Of a stretch of DNA of 64,000 nt, positions 12,714-25,628 are shown in pieces. The notes below the pieces were generated by a model. That model did no database searches and had not been told where the DNA came from. It saw only the letters and a program-made list of their open reading frames with translations. Position 1 is the stretch's first letter, and the number at the start of each line of letters is the position of its first letter. The position numbers and the translations under genes are program-made. Origin of the DNA: Laetmonice hystrix (lineage: Eukaryota); the NCBI GenBank assembly GCA_965235115.1, contig OZ249436.1, positions 65,348,001-65,412,000 of the forward strand. Direction: 5' to 3'.

Positions 12714-12778
12714 TTGTCAGTCACTTACATGATGCAAGGTTGTTGGTTTCGTCGGATACTCCGGTTTCCTCCAACCGT
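12714..12778 (+). mobile_element. Degraded SINE fragment (V-SINE/Meta-type conserved core)
   Basis: gtcagtcactt...ggtttcgtcggatactccggtttcctcc resembles the GGTTTTCTCCGGGTACTCCGGTTTCCTCC core I recall from widespread invertebrate SINEs. Family assignment is not verified. Confidence 0.45.
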
Positions 12779-14160
12779 AACACGTACTTCCTTGCTAATC
12801 ACTCGGACTGTTATTGATTTGGTTTCTTCGCGATGTGGTTTCCACAGAACAAATACACATTAAGGAGGGGGCTGCCACGGAGCGCGTCCGCGGTATAACA
12901 TGGTGGCCGCCTGGTGGACAGGGCGGTAATTGGACGGCCGGGCGGGGGGGGGGGGGGGGAGGGAGAAGGTAACAGATTGTGTGGTCAGTGGACTGGTCAC
13001 CTGCCCTGCATTAGATGGGTGTCTGCACACCACACCCACCAGTAGAGTAGATGAGCTGGTTCTGGACACTGACTGACCAGTTCGCTATCTGTGTGTATGA
13101 CATTTAAAACACAAAGACACCGTTTGATCTACCGAGTTCTCATCACCAAGCCTGGGTTAGTTAGCAGTCTATGGGATGTGAGTGTGCTGAGCTATAACTA
13201 GAGTCAAGATCTGGAAGAACCGAGAGGGACATTTCCAGTCTCTCACTCTCCCTGAACCTGGACAGCTTCAGTACGTCACCTGTGTCTACCCCTGGTGTTT
13301 CCGGACGACTGAGAGCGGAGATGGTCCGTTTATGGCATAACCTTTTGAAGATTAGTGTTCAGAACCCGTCACGGTGCGACGTTTGACGTTGTGGTTATTA
13401 ACGGTCGTCGGGTCACGTGATTAACGCCGTCCAATGGGGTGAGAGAGGGCCAAGCAAGGACGCACCCAATCCGAGTGCGTGTCTCCTGTGAAAACATCGC
13501 GAGGACATGACGTAGCTCGATTGGGAATGTCGCAAGATTTTAAACTCAAGTACAATGCGGTTGTGGCCTCACTCCAGAAGTATTATGACTGTATCTATGG
13601 AAATGAAAAGGAAGGGTAGGTATCAATAGGGTTCCGGTCTTAAACTTAAAAGTTTGTGGGTGAAATTTGAAACGTGTCACTTGAAGAAGGGTTGAGGATC
13701 AAAAGGCAAACAGTTAGCCACGGCAGGATCCATGAAGTAACCAGAAGAACTTTTTTTCAGCTTTTGCAGAAGGCTGAAACAGTGGCTTTATTTTGGCGCC
13801 TGTAAAAGGAATATTAGTGAAGTATGGTCAGTGATGTTTGCCAAGGTTCAAAGCAGAGACCTACATGCTCTATCAAATCTTGTTTAAAATATGATATTGC
13901 GTTACACTGGATTCAGAAAAAAAGAAAATTTATAAAATATACTATAAATGACATTTTTTTCAATCGCCAATCACTTTTCTCGGAAGTTTTGTCATTTGAA
14001 TAAGATTCGACTGATTCGAAAATTATGTTTCTGTCAAGGTGTAGTCTCTTCAATCTCCTTTTGCTGGATGAATGAAGCGCCAACTTTTGCCTCACCCGGT
14101 CGTTTTGGGAGGAAGCTGTGGTACATTGTATCGGAATGGTCGATCTGAACCAAAATCATA

Positions 14161-14706
14161 CAGCTAGGGTACTGGTCATAGTCTGAATCAATGTCACGTA
14201 GGTCAGCTTGTGGGACTGGTTATAGTTTGAATCAAGGTCACGTTGGTCAGCTTGTGGGACTGGTCATAGTCTGAATCAAGGTCACGTTGGTCAGCTTGTG
14301 GGACTGGTCATAGTCTGAATCAAGGTCACGTAGGTCAGCTTGTGGGACTGGTCATAGTCTGAATCAAGGTCACGTTGGTCAGCTTGTGGGACTGGTTATA
14401 GTCTGAATGAGTCACATCGTTGATCAGCTTGTGGGACTGGTCATAGTCGGAATCAAGGTCACGTTGGTCAGCTTGTGGGACTGGTCATAGTCTGAATGAG
14501 TCACATCGTTGATCAGCTTGTGGGACTGGTCATAGTCGGAATCAAGGTCACGTTGGTCAGCTTGTGGGACTGGTTATTATCGGAATCAAGGTCACGTAGG
14601 TCAGCTTGTGGGACTGGCCACAGTCTGAATTAGTCACATCGTTGGTCAGCTTGTGGGACTGCATGGCCATCTGAATCAAATTCATATCGTTGGTCAGCTT
14701 CTGGGT
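14161..14706. repeat. ~44-bp minisatellite, ~12 copies
   Basis: Unit GGTCACGTTGGTCAGCTTGTGGGACTGGTCATAGTCTGAATCAA with variants. Confidence 0.93.
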
Positions 14707-14930
14707 CAGCCTGTTGGACATGGAGCCTGGCTGCTGTTGGTTAGAGCAATATCTATAATATTATTAGTGCCACCGCCGACCGCTCGATGGCCACCGTCAG
14801 GCTGACTGACCTTGGCGTGAGTGGGTGGTCATCAGCTAATTGTGGTAGAACTGTGGTGATTACCTGCCTAAACAGCCACTCACTCATCAGCCCATCCACG
14901 CGGACCTCCTTCCTTTTGGTCGACTTAAAC

Positions 14931-15638
14931 AGTACCATGTATTATTTTATGGCTGCCGCACTTTCCCTGTCCTGATTGGTCAGTTCCCTGTCACGTGATC
15001 ACAGATAAAAACTAATATTGCACGGAAAAAGTAATATTGACCAGTCAATATTACTTTTGCCATGCCGTCAAGTGTTTTCAGCCCCTCGTGCACGTAGGCT
15101 CCTAGGCATTCTTAACGGAAGTTTAATAGAACAGCCTGGGGGTGACAGCGTATGATAGCAAAGCTTAAACTACGCGAGGATGGGTTCAGAATCTTGTATA
15201 GCCTCTAGTCTAGGCTAGCTCTAGGCCTAGCTAGATAAAGCAGTCGTGAACACGATGGATCCCTGTAGCCTATCTAATTTCCCGACATGAGAAGTTTATG
15301 TGGTGACTGATTGTTAATTGGTCATGGTTTTGATCATGGTTTACTGGTAGAATTGTGAGTACTGACGCACTGAGGCTCAGCATACCGGTAGGCCTAGGTC
15401 TAGATGATGAGTCTTATGGAGTAAAGTTAAACTGACTGTGCAGTCGTCGATGGGTCCTGGCATAGACAGGAAAGGCGCGGCAGTCATAAAATAAAACAAA
15501 TATGGCACTTGGTATCGTGCAATATGAAAATTTATGGCACTCTGGAAACTGATATTGCACTCCGCTTCGCGTCGTGCAATATCAGTTGCCATCGTGCCAT
15601 AAATTTTCATATTGCACTCAACCAAGTGCCATATTTGT
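14931..15638. mobile_element. Palindromic non-autonomous element(s): inverted arms 14931-14971 / 15465-15509 and a 143-bp hairpin 15496-15638
   Basis: Arms ACAAATATGGCACTTGGT / ACCAAGTGCCATATTTGT, GTGCAATATGAAAATTTATGGCAC / its reverse complement, and ACTGATATTGCAC / GTGCAATATCAGT, around the loop TCCGCTTCGCGTC. Confidence 0.65.
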
Positions 15639-16476
15639 ATAATATTCGACCTTGTCTGGTTGACCTTGTGTTTGAAGGTAGCGTGTGGTGACAGACTGTG
15701 AGCTGGTGGTGTCACCTTGGGGGCAGGGCCAGGTCGTGGTGAAGTGGGTGCCGAGCGGCACGCCGACAATGTGCATGACCTGTGGCACCACATGGTTCCC
15801 GCCAGAGGTCACTGTACGCCTGCTGCTACAGTCGGGGACAGCCACGGCCGTTCAGTGTGTATACTGCTCGTTTATAGCCAACCATTGGACACAGACCCAA
15901 ATCAACCCGAGAAATCTGCATAAAGGAACAATTTATAAATCCAACAAAAGGGGAGAATTGCCGTTTCTGATGTTTCTGACTACGTATGTCTTCAGCTGTC
16001 GTTGACAGTAGAGAGGATATATATATTATTGGGTCCACTGATGGAATCTCACTATCGTTTCAATATACCAGTGTCGTCTTTGTATGTGTTTTTTGCTTGC
16101 TTCAAGCTACTAGGTTTAAAAAAAGCCTAATGTCTTATGTGAAAGACCTCTATACGATTCTATGTTTAGTTTGTTGACCCATACCTGCGCAAGACCTACA
16201 GGAGCAGTTAAAATATTGTTTTCAACAGATTTATGCAAATTTTCTCTTTAAAAAAATGCAGCAAACATCAGCTAGAATGTGGTTGTGGTATTATATGGTG
16301 CAACTTGAGGTCAAACATTCCTTTAACTTTGATTTCCAGTTTTGTGACCCTATCATTCCTTCAAACATAATTGGCGTTGTCCACGTCTTGATGGTTTAAA
16401 AAAGCTACATGATTGATCAAGTGTAACAGATTGAATATTGCTCAGTGTATAAAGAATGGTGTTGTCATGGTTACAG

Positions 16477-16591
16477 CACGTGGTCGCCAGCGCATGCGCG
16501 CTACCGTAACGAGGTGTACCGGAACCAACCACTGAGTATCACCGAGTACGAACCTGGCTACTCATCGATCGCCTTTCGGGAAAACAAAGTG
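16477..16591 (+). CDS. SORBS: SORBS/CAP exon (115 nt, phase 2-0): TWSPAHARYRNEVYRNQPLSITEYEPGYSSIAFRENKV
   Basis: Acceptor gttacag, donor GTG|gtgagt. YRNQP-x-SI-x-EYEPG-x-SS is a hallmark conserved motif of CAP/SORBS proteins. Confidence 0.92.
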
Positions 16592-18890
16592 GTGAGTAGA
16601 CAGACCTGCTTCTGGTTTTATTAAAACTCAGCACCGACAAGGGTGTCTTTGTTACTGGAGCATAATTTGATTAGCGTTGTGTTGTCTACCCTGTCCAAAG
16701 GCCTGATTTTTAGTTTGTGACCAAAAGTTTTTCCGAGATCCAAAAGGCAATGAAGAACGTACAAGAACGCATACGATTTGTTAAACGTTATAAGCTTATT
16801 AATAGAATATACTGTATTAAAACATATTCTTTAGGAAAGAAGAACTTTTTTTACGTATATTTGGAATATTAATTCCTATAATGCAGATGGCATGTACCGT
16901 ACATCCGATCTGTATTTGAAAAAATATAGTCCCGGAAATTGGGATTGGGCCATCATCTTTGCGTGACCAAGTTGACCAGACCGTTTGTACGTGTTGCCAA
17001 ACTGGCAACAAGCAGATTCCCACGTGACTACTGAGATTACACCAGAGGCTGTGAAGTGAAAAAATAACGTTGCCATCTGTTACCAATTGTCGTAGGAGAG
17101 AGTTGGCAACACAGCTGTCGCATAGCAACTAAAAGTGATTTTGACGTAGCTGGTTTTACGTGTTTGTGTTTACAGCGAGGAAGGAAGTGGCGTTACGTCA
17201 GTGTATTAACTGTATTTTGTACGATGGCGGATATCTACAGCAATCCGTATCTCTGACGCGCTGTCTGTTACTCTTTCAGAGTGCGCAGCTTCCCCTAAAA
17301 CAGAAAAGAAAAGAGCAGGCCATTGTTTTTTGTTTATCCCGACTTACCTATATTGTGACGTACTAGACAGCATGCTTCGTACTAGATTAAGAGGTGTATT
17401 TATACCTATAGCTTACTTAGGTGACCGAATTACCTTTGTTGCGCATTTGTGAACGAACTAGCATTCCCAAATCGCTAATTACTTTTGTGTGGATACGCAA
17501 TTAACGACATCGCAAGGAATGCTGATTACACTGGCCTGGGTGTTATTCGTGTATGATCCCAACCTAGGCTTCATTCCAGTTTTTAATGTACTCCGTTCGT
17601 AGGGGAGGGTCCACTGGTATGCCGCCAGAGAGCAGCACAGTCCTCCACCCCGCCAGGTTACGGGATGTTGAACCCACCCGAGATGTACATTTGTACATAG
17701 GATCAGTTATAGCTAAGAAAGAAAAAGACGTTTAGGCTGAGGATCCGCAAAGTAAGAAGCCCAGTATAGAAAACCGCTCTTTCTAAGTGATTTATTGAAT
17801 GAACGATTAGATACAGGTGGGAGTGGGCCCAGTGGGGTAGAGATAAGGTTTCTTGTAAGGAACAGATAGGACAAGAAGGTATTCTTTGATTGGATGAATG
17901 TGGATTAATCGTAGATTTGTGGGCGTTGTTAATGCAAGTTATTGACATTAAGATTTACCCTAAAAATCATTTAAGTCCTAATTGTACCTTGAGGAAAGTC
18001 ACTACCGGACTTTTCAATATTTGGCATTTACAAGTAACTTCATAATTTAACCTCGTGAGCATACTCGGTAATAAAATATATAGTTATTAACGAACAGCCT
18101 GCCATGTATTTCTACACAAATGTGGAGTATACTAAGACTGACCCACCGTAAAACTAGATGACGTAGTCGACATGACCCAGTAAAATGTATGTACACACTA
18201 CAATCGATATATACGGTCGATATATGTGGGCTGGAGAAGATGTGGTACGGAAACCGTTAACCCAATCAGACTCGGCGTCTAATCTCCGGCACAGATATTA
18301 TACAATATTAGAAACAAAATCCTGGAAACGAACTTTTTATAAAGTCATGATAGGAGATAGAGGTTGTTTTGTGTGTATTTTAGGACATATTATATATTGA
18401 GTGTGTGCCTGTGTGTGTGTCTTGTAATATCTCACTCATGTGATCTGGGTTTTATTTTTTACTTTTTCTCGAATTGACTTATTTTGACTGTTGTTGTGTG
18501 CATGTAATGATTACAACATATTTACGCATGGATTAATGCGTGCAATGCTGATGTTTGAGAACCCAGAATAGATATAACCCTGCAGGTTTTAAAACGCCCC
18601 ACATGAAACGTACCTGAGTAATGTTAATGTTTCCTTCTCTGCTATGTTTGAAGGAGACTGAATGAGAAGTTTGCTTACCAACTGATCACAGTTTAAACAA
18701 CCCTAACATTCATGGAGCATATAGTCTCAAAGGTTTCTCTTCGTGCTTCAGTACACTATACATGTACTTTGTATGTTGCATGATTTCCGTCAGCTCCTAC
18801 AAGGTTGACTTGGAATCTCCCAGCTACTAAAGTGTGCCATGTAGTCATTGCTCTTTTTGCCTGTTTCTTTGGCCTGTTGCCCTTTCTTAG

Positions 18891-18980
18891 TATGTAGATG
18901 TGGGCAGATCGTCAAGCCTAAAAAGTCCCAAGACGACATCCAAGAGATCTAGGAGTCATAGAGGTAGAAAGGAACCCAAG
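18891..18980 (+). CDS. SORBS: Candidate cassette exon (90 nt, phase 0-0): YVDVGRSSSLKSPKTTSKRSRSHRGRKEPK
   Basis: A ~40-nt polypyrimidine tract ending cctttcttag, donor AAG|gtgatc, 30 open codons. The phase matches flanking exons 16591 (phase 0) and 25579 (phase 0). Confidence 0.55.
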
Positions 18981-21687
18981 GTGATCGTATAGACCCGCTC
19001 TGTATAATATATATCATCTCTTGGTGTGCTGTCTGCTGCTAACAATACTTTATATGTACATACGTCTGTCTGTATGTGAAGTCGTAGACCGTGATGGTAC
19101 ACAACGCCTTTATGGCATCATTTTTATGACGTCACTGTTGTGTTGTCACCCAGTTGGCAGTCACTGAGCATGTTTCAATAGGAGATATCCCTCACTTTCA
19201 TTATGTTAGCTCAGAGAGGGGGGGGGGGGGTGAGGCTTCCCACAGCAGGGGGAGGGGAGAGCTTATGGTGGCAGAACAGGCGGGAATAAGGGTAGGCGCT
19301 TAGGCTTTGAAATTAACACTTTTAATGTCAGATTATACATCTTTTCCTTGAGACAATAGGGGAACAACTCTTTTTGTAATTACCCAGTAACCATGTGAAA
19401 TTTGGCAGGTGCGCTGGTTCTACACCTGAGAAACTGAAGCGTTAATTATTTACCTGAGCAGAAACAAGTCATTTTGACGTCATTTGGCCAAGGTGATAAA
19501 GCTCGGAGGTTAATCACTTGTTGAGTACCGGGGAAATACTTGTAGGCTTTTGTACGCATCGACCTAACCGACGTATCATATCATAATCAAAAATGGAGAA
19601 ATGCACCAAAAGTCTAAAATGCACCTTTCAGATCTAGTAATACTTGGTCGGTCTAAATCTAGACTTAGTGAATGAAATCAAAGACGGCCAGCTTAGTGAA
19701 CCAGGTACAGACTTCTCGCTTTGTTTACATTCAATAATCTGGTAGGGAATAAAAATGAATAGATTGTTCTCAAGTTTGCGGAGACGCGTCAACCAAATAC
19801 ATGTGCCAGTAAATTCAGAAACGTGAAGATACATTTTGGTGTAGTTTTGGATTCATTGACCGATATCGTTTGATCCGGCCTCTCCTGGTCCGTTGAGAGT
19901 ATTCAGTCATGAATTATTCGGTCTCATATTCAGACCAGTTAGTGAATAATTTCCACCTCCCAGTTAAACCAGTCAATATCAGCTTCACTAAGGTATCGGG
20001 GACGAAGCAGATACATTATAAATCCTTAGATATCGACCTCAGAATGAGTCGGCGTGCACACTGAGGATATTAGCATATCCAGTATAGAGTGTATTGTAAA
20101 ATGTTATGATACCAGTACCCTCCTAGTACGTGCTGTCGTACCTACAATAGTTGTCTTGTCTTGAAGATCGATAAGTATCGGTGATATGAATGACATGTAT
20201 ATCCAAATATGCGTTGTGTTAGTACCGGTACATCAGTTGGTTATTAGAAAATACGTGAATGAAAGCGAACAGTTCTCTACCCCTATCTTAATATTGACCT
20301 GTCCATGGTTATTGAGAAATGGTATTGACAGTTTCCATCGCTTCATATACTAAACCCTCAAACAAACCGAGTCGTCCAGGGAACCGAACTCAGGGTCCTG
20401 TCCTCATCAAAGGTTGTTTATACGGGTATATGGTGACGTAACTAGTTGAACTTGGACGTGTATTTGTGACCTCTCGATCAAGGTTGGCTGGTTTCAAGTT
20501 AATACTGCCCTCACACAAAGAGACAGCTACAGCTTCGGCTTGACCTTGACCTTTCACCTTCACCTTGCATTGTGAAATTAACAGTGCATCCACTAACATC
20601 TTAATCTTTTCACCGGTAAATGGGTGAAACAAATTCAAGTGTTTTCTTAAATAATTAACCACTGCCGATACATGTCATGTCTATTATTGATATTATTTTA
20701 CATAATTGAGTAATTGTTGGGGAAGTCAAACTTGTGAGTCATCTGTGAAAGGTGTGCTCCCACCCCACCCCTTTTATAGCATGAAGTACCATGTAATGTG
20801 TCGGTAACGTTGGAAACCTTGCTGATCAGCCCCGGGTAGTAAATGTTGTTTAGAAGGCCGTGTCAGCTGTTGACTACTCCTGAGTACTAAGTTAGACAAT
20901 GTATGGGGGTCTGTTGTCTGACCGAGAGCTAGCTTGGAGAACCGGAAGTAGGGAGGACCTGAGTGTTCCCCGACTCCGACCCCAGTTCTGGGTGGCCTTG
21001 ACTTGGTATAGCATGGGTCATGAGCGAGAGCCGGGCTGGCCTTGGGCCGACTCCTGGCTGGACCAGGCTGGACCAGGAAAGGCTCTGGACAGGTACTTTG
21101 GTATTTCCAGGCAAGCCCTCGGCTAGCTCCGGGTGAAGGTCATTTCAGGACCGGTTGAAAACTCAAGGAATCCGAGAAAGTAATTGTACTGCCTAAAACT
21201 GATCAGCAAAGTTGAGATTGTATCGTCCATGCACGTTTTATTCGGTGTATAATGTAAATGTTTCTACTGTAATGTAGTCTAATAATATATTTGATTGATT
21301 TTCCCTGACATTCTCCTTGTATAATGATTAAGAAGATAGTAGAAGCGTTGCTATAAATAAGTACTGCTCACCCAGACGGATGTAGGTGGCTGTCTGTTGA
21401 TGCCATCATGAAGTGCATTGATTGTTGCGGTCGTTATAAAACTATTGATTGATGCTCGATCACTCCTGTGTTTGCCTTGCCTCCTGTCACTGCCATATGG
21501 CCAAGTTGTTGATCCGAGTGTGTATTGTTCACTAACCTCGTCTTTTTATATCGTTTGTTCACTGCACGCCTTGCGCACGTACAGGATGAGACATACATTG
21601 AGGTACGACATCACATCATTTATATAATATCTCTCTCATACATACTTTATTGTACATTTGTGTTACTTTCAATGGTGTGTGCTATGG

Positions 21688-22584
21688 TAGGTATCAGGTT
21701 GTTTCGTACCACCGTCATTTCGTCCCAGGTTGTTTCGTACCACCTACCCAGGTTGTTTCGTACCACCTACCCAGGCTGTTTCGTACCATATTATATCCAG
21801 GCTGTTTCTACCATATTAGGCCTGTCCCTATTGCTTTTACGTTTCTAAAATATTGCGTTGTATTTGGGGGATATTCATACACAGCGTACAATAAGAAAGA
21901 ATATGATGAGCTTGTCGGGTGTGTGATCATGGGGCGGGCGGCGGGGAGGCGGCCGCAGCACTGGCGGTGGCCGGCCTGGGGCCGGAGCCGGAACCGGGGA
22001 GGCGGCCGCAGCGCTGACGGCGCTTGCGTGTATGGAGGCGGCCGCAGCACTGGCGGTAGCCGGACCTGGACCGGATATTTTGTTTCATTGTCATTGAGAA
22101 GTTCTATTTCTTAAACCTCAAATTATGCCCCCGCCCGGCCCTAGTACATGTAGTAGTAGGATCTAGTAGGCCTATAGGCAGGCAAGGCATCGGGCGTCGA
22201 TGTGCAGGCCTTCACTGGTGAGCCCATCGGTCCACCGCACGTACCGGGCCCGCTCCACTGCCACTGGGCCGTCCGGGGAGCGAATGCGGCCACCGTACCT
22301 CTAACGTTACCACCGCACGGTCACTTCGGCTTTGCCTGGCTCAGCGACATGACCCGACCTTGACAACTCGACTTTGTAGTTTAAAGTTTAAGTTAATCCC
22401 GTTCATCTGTTTCTAAACGTTCATTAGTATACTGTCACTGTGCAGGACACAGGACACAGCTAGTGGTACGAAGTGACTGGTACGAAATGACTTGGGTTGT
22501 AGTACGAAACAACTTGGCCACGTAACTATCTGGTACGAAACAACCTGGGACGAAATGCCGGTGGTACGAAACAACTAGAAACCC
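21688..22584. mobile_element. MITE-like element (~900 bp) with inverted ends made of GGTTGTTTCGTACC subterminal repeats and a GC-rich core
   Basis: Left GTTGTTTCGTACCACCGTCATTTCGTCCCAGGTTGTTTCGTACCA is the reverse complement (1 mismatch) of right TGGTACGAAACAACCTGGGACGAAATGCCGGTGGTACGAAACAAC. No TSD was confidently identified. Confidence 0.7.
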
Positions 22585-25578
22585 TATGGTATACCTTTCG
22601 GGTGACATGTTTCATTGTTGTGCGCTTCAGTCTCATAATTACAATTTCTATGTTGGTGTTCTATTTGGGATTTCACCTCACTGACTGCTGAGTTTTGTAA
22701 TTTTCATGGTTTCTTATCATATTTCAATAGTTCTTTATGAACACACCTGACAGCTACCTGGGGGTGGGTATGTGGAATGCATTATCATCCTTCGTCATGA
22801 TAAACCTTCATTAAGTAGATTAATTTCCAACATTACCCCAGGCACCGCTTAATTGGCTTATCGGGGAGTGGTTTCACATGAGACGGGTCAATTAAACTGA
22901 TCACGTATCATCACAGTTTAAGTGGTGACGTAATGGCGATCGTAGGGGCTGATGATGCCAGTGGTGTTGATGGCAGTGACGGTGAATTTCTGCCGATACT
23001 GTGGGCCGGTTAGCACCAGGCCGCCTGACGGACGCCAATGACGCACCCACTTTATATAGGTTAATGGCGTGGACATGCGCAGTGGTGGTTGGCATGGAGC
23101 GCGCTCAAAGCGAGGCTGCCGAGTCGGAGCGCTGAGCCAGCGGGAGCGGTTACCTGACGACAGTAGCATCCTCATTACTCAACGTACCTGGGGTACCTCA
23201 GGTGGGCTGGGGACACACCATCAGCCCTCATCGTGTCTCATGTTAAATCAACCGGATACATGTACATACTCACAGCACTGCAAGGACGTGCAAGGGTTGG
23301 CCGTCTGCCCTGGATTTACTTCTAGATTAAATAGTATGATGAGGGGCGGGACGACAGACAGGTGAGTTTGGTGGAGTTGTCCTGACAACCACATAATCCT
23401 TACCTGGCCAGGTACCTGTCATTCAGTTAGAGGTGTGGTGTTGGCCTGGTCCTGTTTTCAGGTATCATCCTCACCTCAGAATCTACTTTAAATACCGAGA
23501 TATGGTGCCACTAGATGTTATCTCTTGGCTTAAAGTCTCTACTCCCTGCCCTGCTGTCACTTATTACTGGAATATGTTTTGAGACGTTTCGTGGTAAGGT
23601 TGCCTAAACTAGGATAAGCGTAGCCGTCACACGACAAACAGACCAGACAGAACTTGTCAACACCAGGCAAGAATAACATGCATGACATGGTTTAATGTAA
23701 CGAATTTTTCAGTGTTATTTTAAACAATAATAAAGCTGATAATTTTCACCTCGGTAATTATGATTGATTGCACCCGCAGGTAATTACATCAGGGGTGAAT
23801 TTTAATTTAATTAGGTCGGGGCGCCACCCTTGTATCACAACATGAGAGCTAACTGAAAATATCGCGATCGATATATGATTGAAATATTGGAGGGTTATAC
23901 CCAGAACACAAGATTATTTCTGAGTACTGGGGTTAAACCTAGGACAAGTATGTCAAAATCTGCATCTGATCACTATCTCTGGAAAAGGTAACCGCAAAGT
24001 ATAAGATTATCTTATACAGGAGGGGTTGTGAGCTCTTGTATACGTTGTATTACAAGTGTTTGTATACTTCTCTACCAGTAGAGGTTCGCTGAGGTAGTGG
24101 CGAGTTGATATCCGCACTCGAGATCACGCAAGGCAATCATTACGACGGGTAGTAAATAACATGTCTAACCCTCCCTGATCGGATCCAGGAAGCCAGGGAG
24201 GCAGAGAGGTAGAGCTCTCCGATCTTAGGGCTGAAATCATGGGATATTATTAGCAGAGCTCTCTACCAGTGTAATGAAGCTTTCCGTCTGATATCATGTT
24301 ATTCATGGTCCGGAATGATTTATTCATGGTTTACACTGGTGATGCGAGTCGTGTAATTGTACCTAATGTGGCTGGTTTCAGGTGGGTATTGATTTCCATG
24401 GACAAACCAGTTGTGTATGGAATGCAGTGCCAGACTTAATCTCATGGCACTCAGGGAGCTGTATGGCTATAGCATATAGGGCACCCACAATTTATAATCC
24501 AATAACTCCGCACAAACCAGGTGTAATTGCCTAGTTCCTTACACTGGGAGACTCCCCATCCAGATACCAGATAACGGTACCAGATCACCAACAGTAAATG
24601 TTTCTTTGGGACACTAATAACACATGAAGTTCAAAGGACATTGACCAGTCATAAAGCATTTATACACCTTCAGTTTGAAACACGGCGGAGATCCAAGGGT
24701 GCAATCATGAAGTATGCATCAGGCAGTTCTCGGTTGGTTGATCCAGGCCTGGGGTGGAGCACATGACACGGTGGCCTTTGTCTGCGAGAGCTGGGGCGTG
24801 TTGACCCATCTCGGCTCACCTGGATGTACCTGGGTATCGATCTCAGGGGCACACTGTCTCCCTGAGGGTTGGGGTGCGTGTGGTTGGTCGAGGAGTCGGG
24901 AGGGCGCGCCCCAAATATCAAACACGGGGCAGATTGCGGGAGAGTGACCCGGGAGTCGACCATGTGATCTTGGACAACCCGCTCAGCCCCGTCCATCCGA
25001 TCCGAAGTGTCCTCGAACCACAAACCCACAACCTCGTTCCAACATTGACACAGCTGCGTGAAGTTCGGGGTTGTGTAGCCATTAGGCGTCCCATATCGTG
25101 GTTAGAAAAAAAACCCGATGCTGTTCTCAGATGAACCTCAGATGTGAGGAGCCGTTTCCGGAACCGATGTGGTGGCCACAGGTTTCAAGGATTGTCGCGA
25201 TATTTGATTTGGCGAAGCTGGCTTTGTTGGAGTTAACCTATCGGGAGTCAGCACGATCTGAAGTATCGTTAATGGGTATTAATAATGAATGACTCTTACC
25301 TTGGGATTTCACCTTTTCTTTGATATGGGAAATTCGGACTGGAAGGGTCAAATAAGGTTACACTTTGCATCCGACTTATACTTTTAGAGTATATGCATGC
25401 AGAACATTTTGTTCCATACAATGAACTGAAAGATAACGTATGGGGTTAAAAAAGCTCCTGACAAACATTACGTTATTGCCCGCCAGACGTCGGTAGGAGT
25501 TGCCCGCGGGGTGGGTGCCGCTGTCGGCTGTCACCTTGTCCCATGTTTTAACACCTTGCCATCTGTTTTACCTTTCAG

Positions 25579-25628
25579 AGCCAGCTGTACAACCCGCCTA
25601 TAGAGAAGCCTGGCCAGTTCAGTAAATA
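25579..25628 (+). CDS. SORBS: SORBS/CAP exon (50 nt, phase 0-2): SQLYNPPIEKPGQFSK(Y)
   Basis: Acceptor ctgttttacctttcag, donor ATA|gtgagt. It bridges the phase-0 end of 16591 and the phase-2 start of 26887. Confidence 0.8.

Noticed and set aside
13380-13530. Promoter-like cluster (CACGTG, CCAAT x2, ATTGG, TGACGT, CpG-rich)
   Set aside because: These are short common motifs, and no downstream first exon or donor could be assigned.
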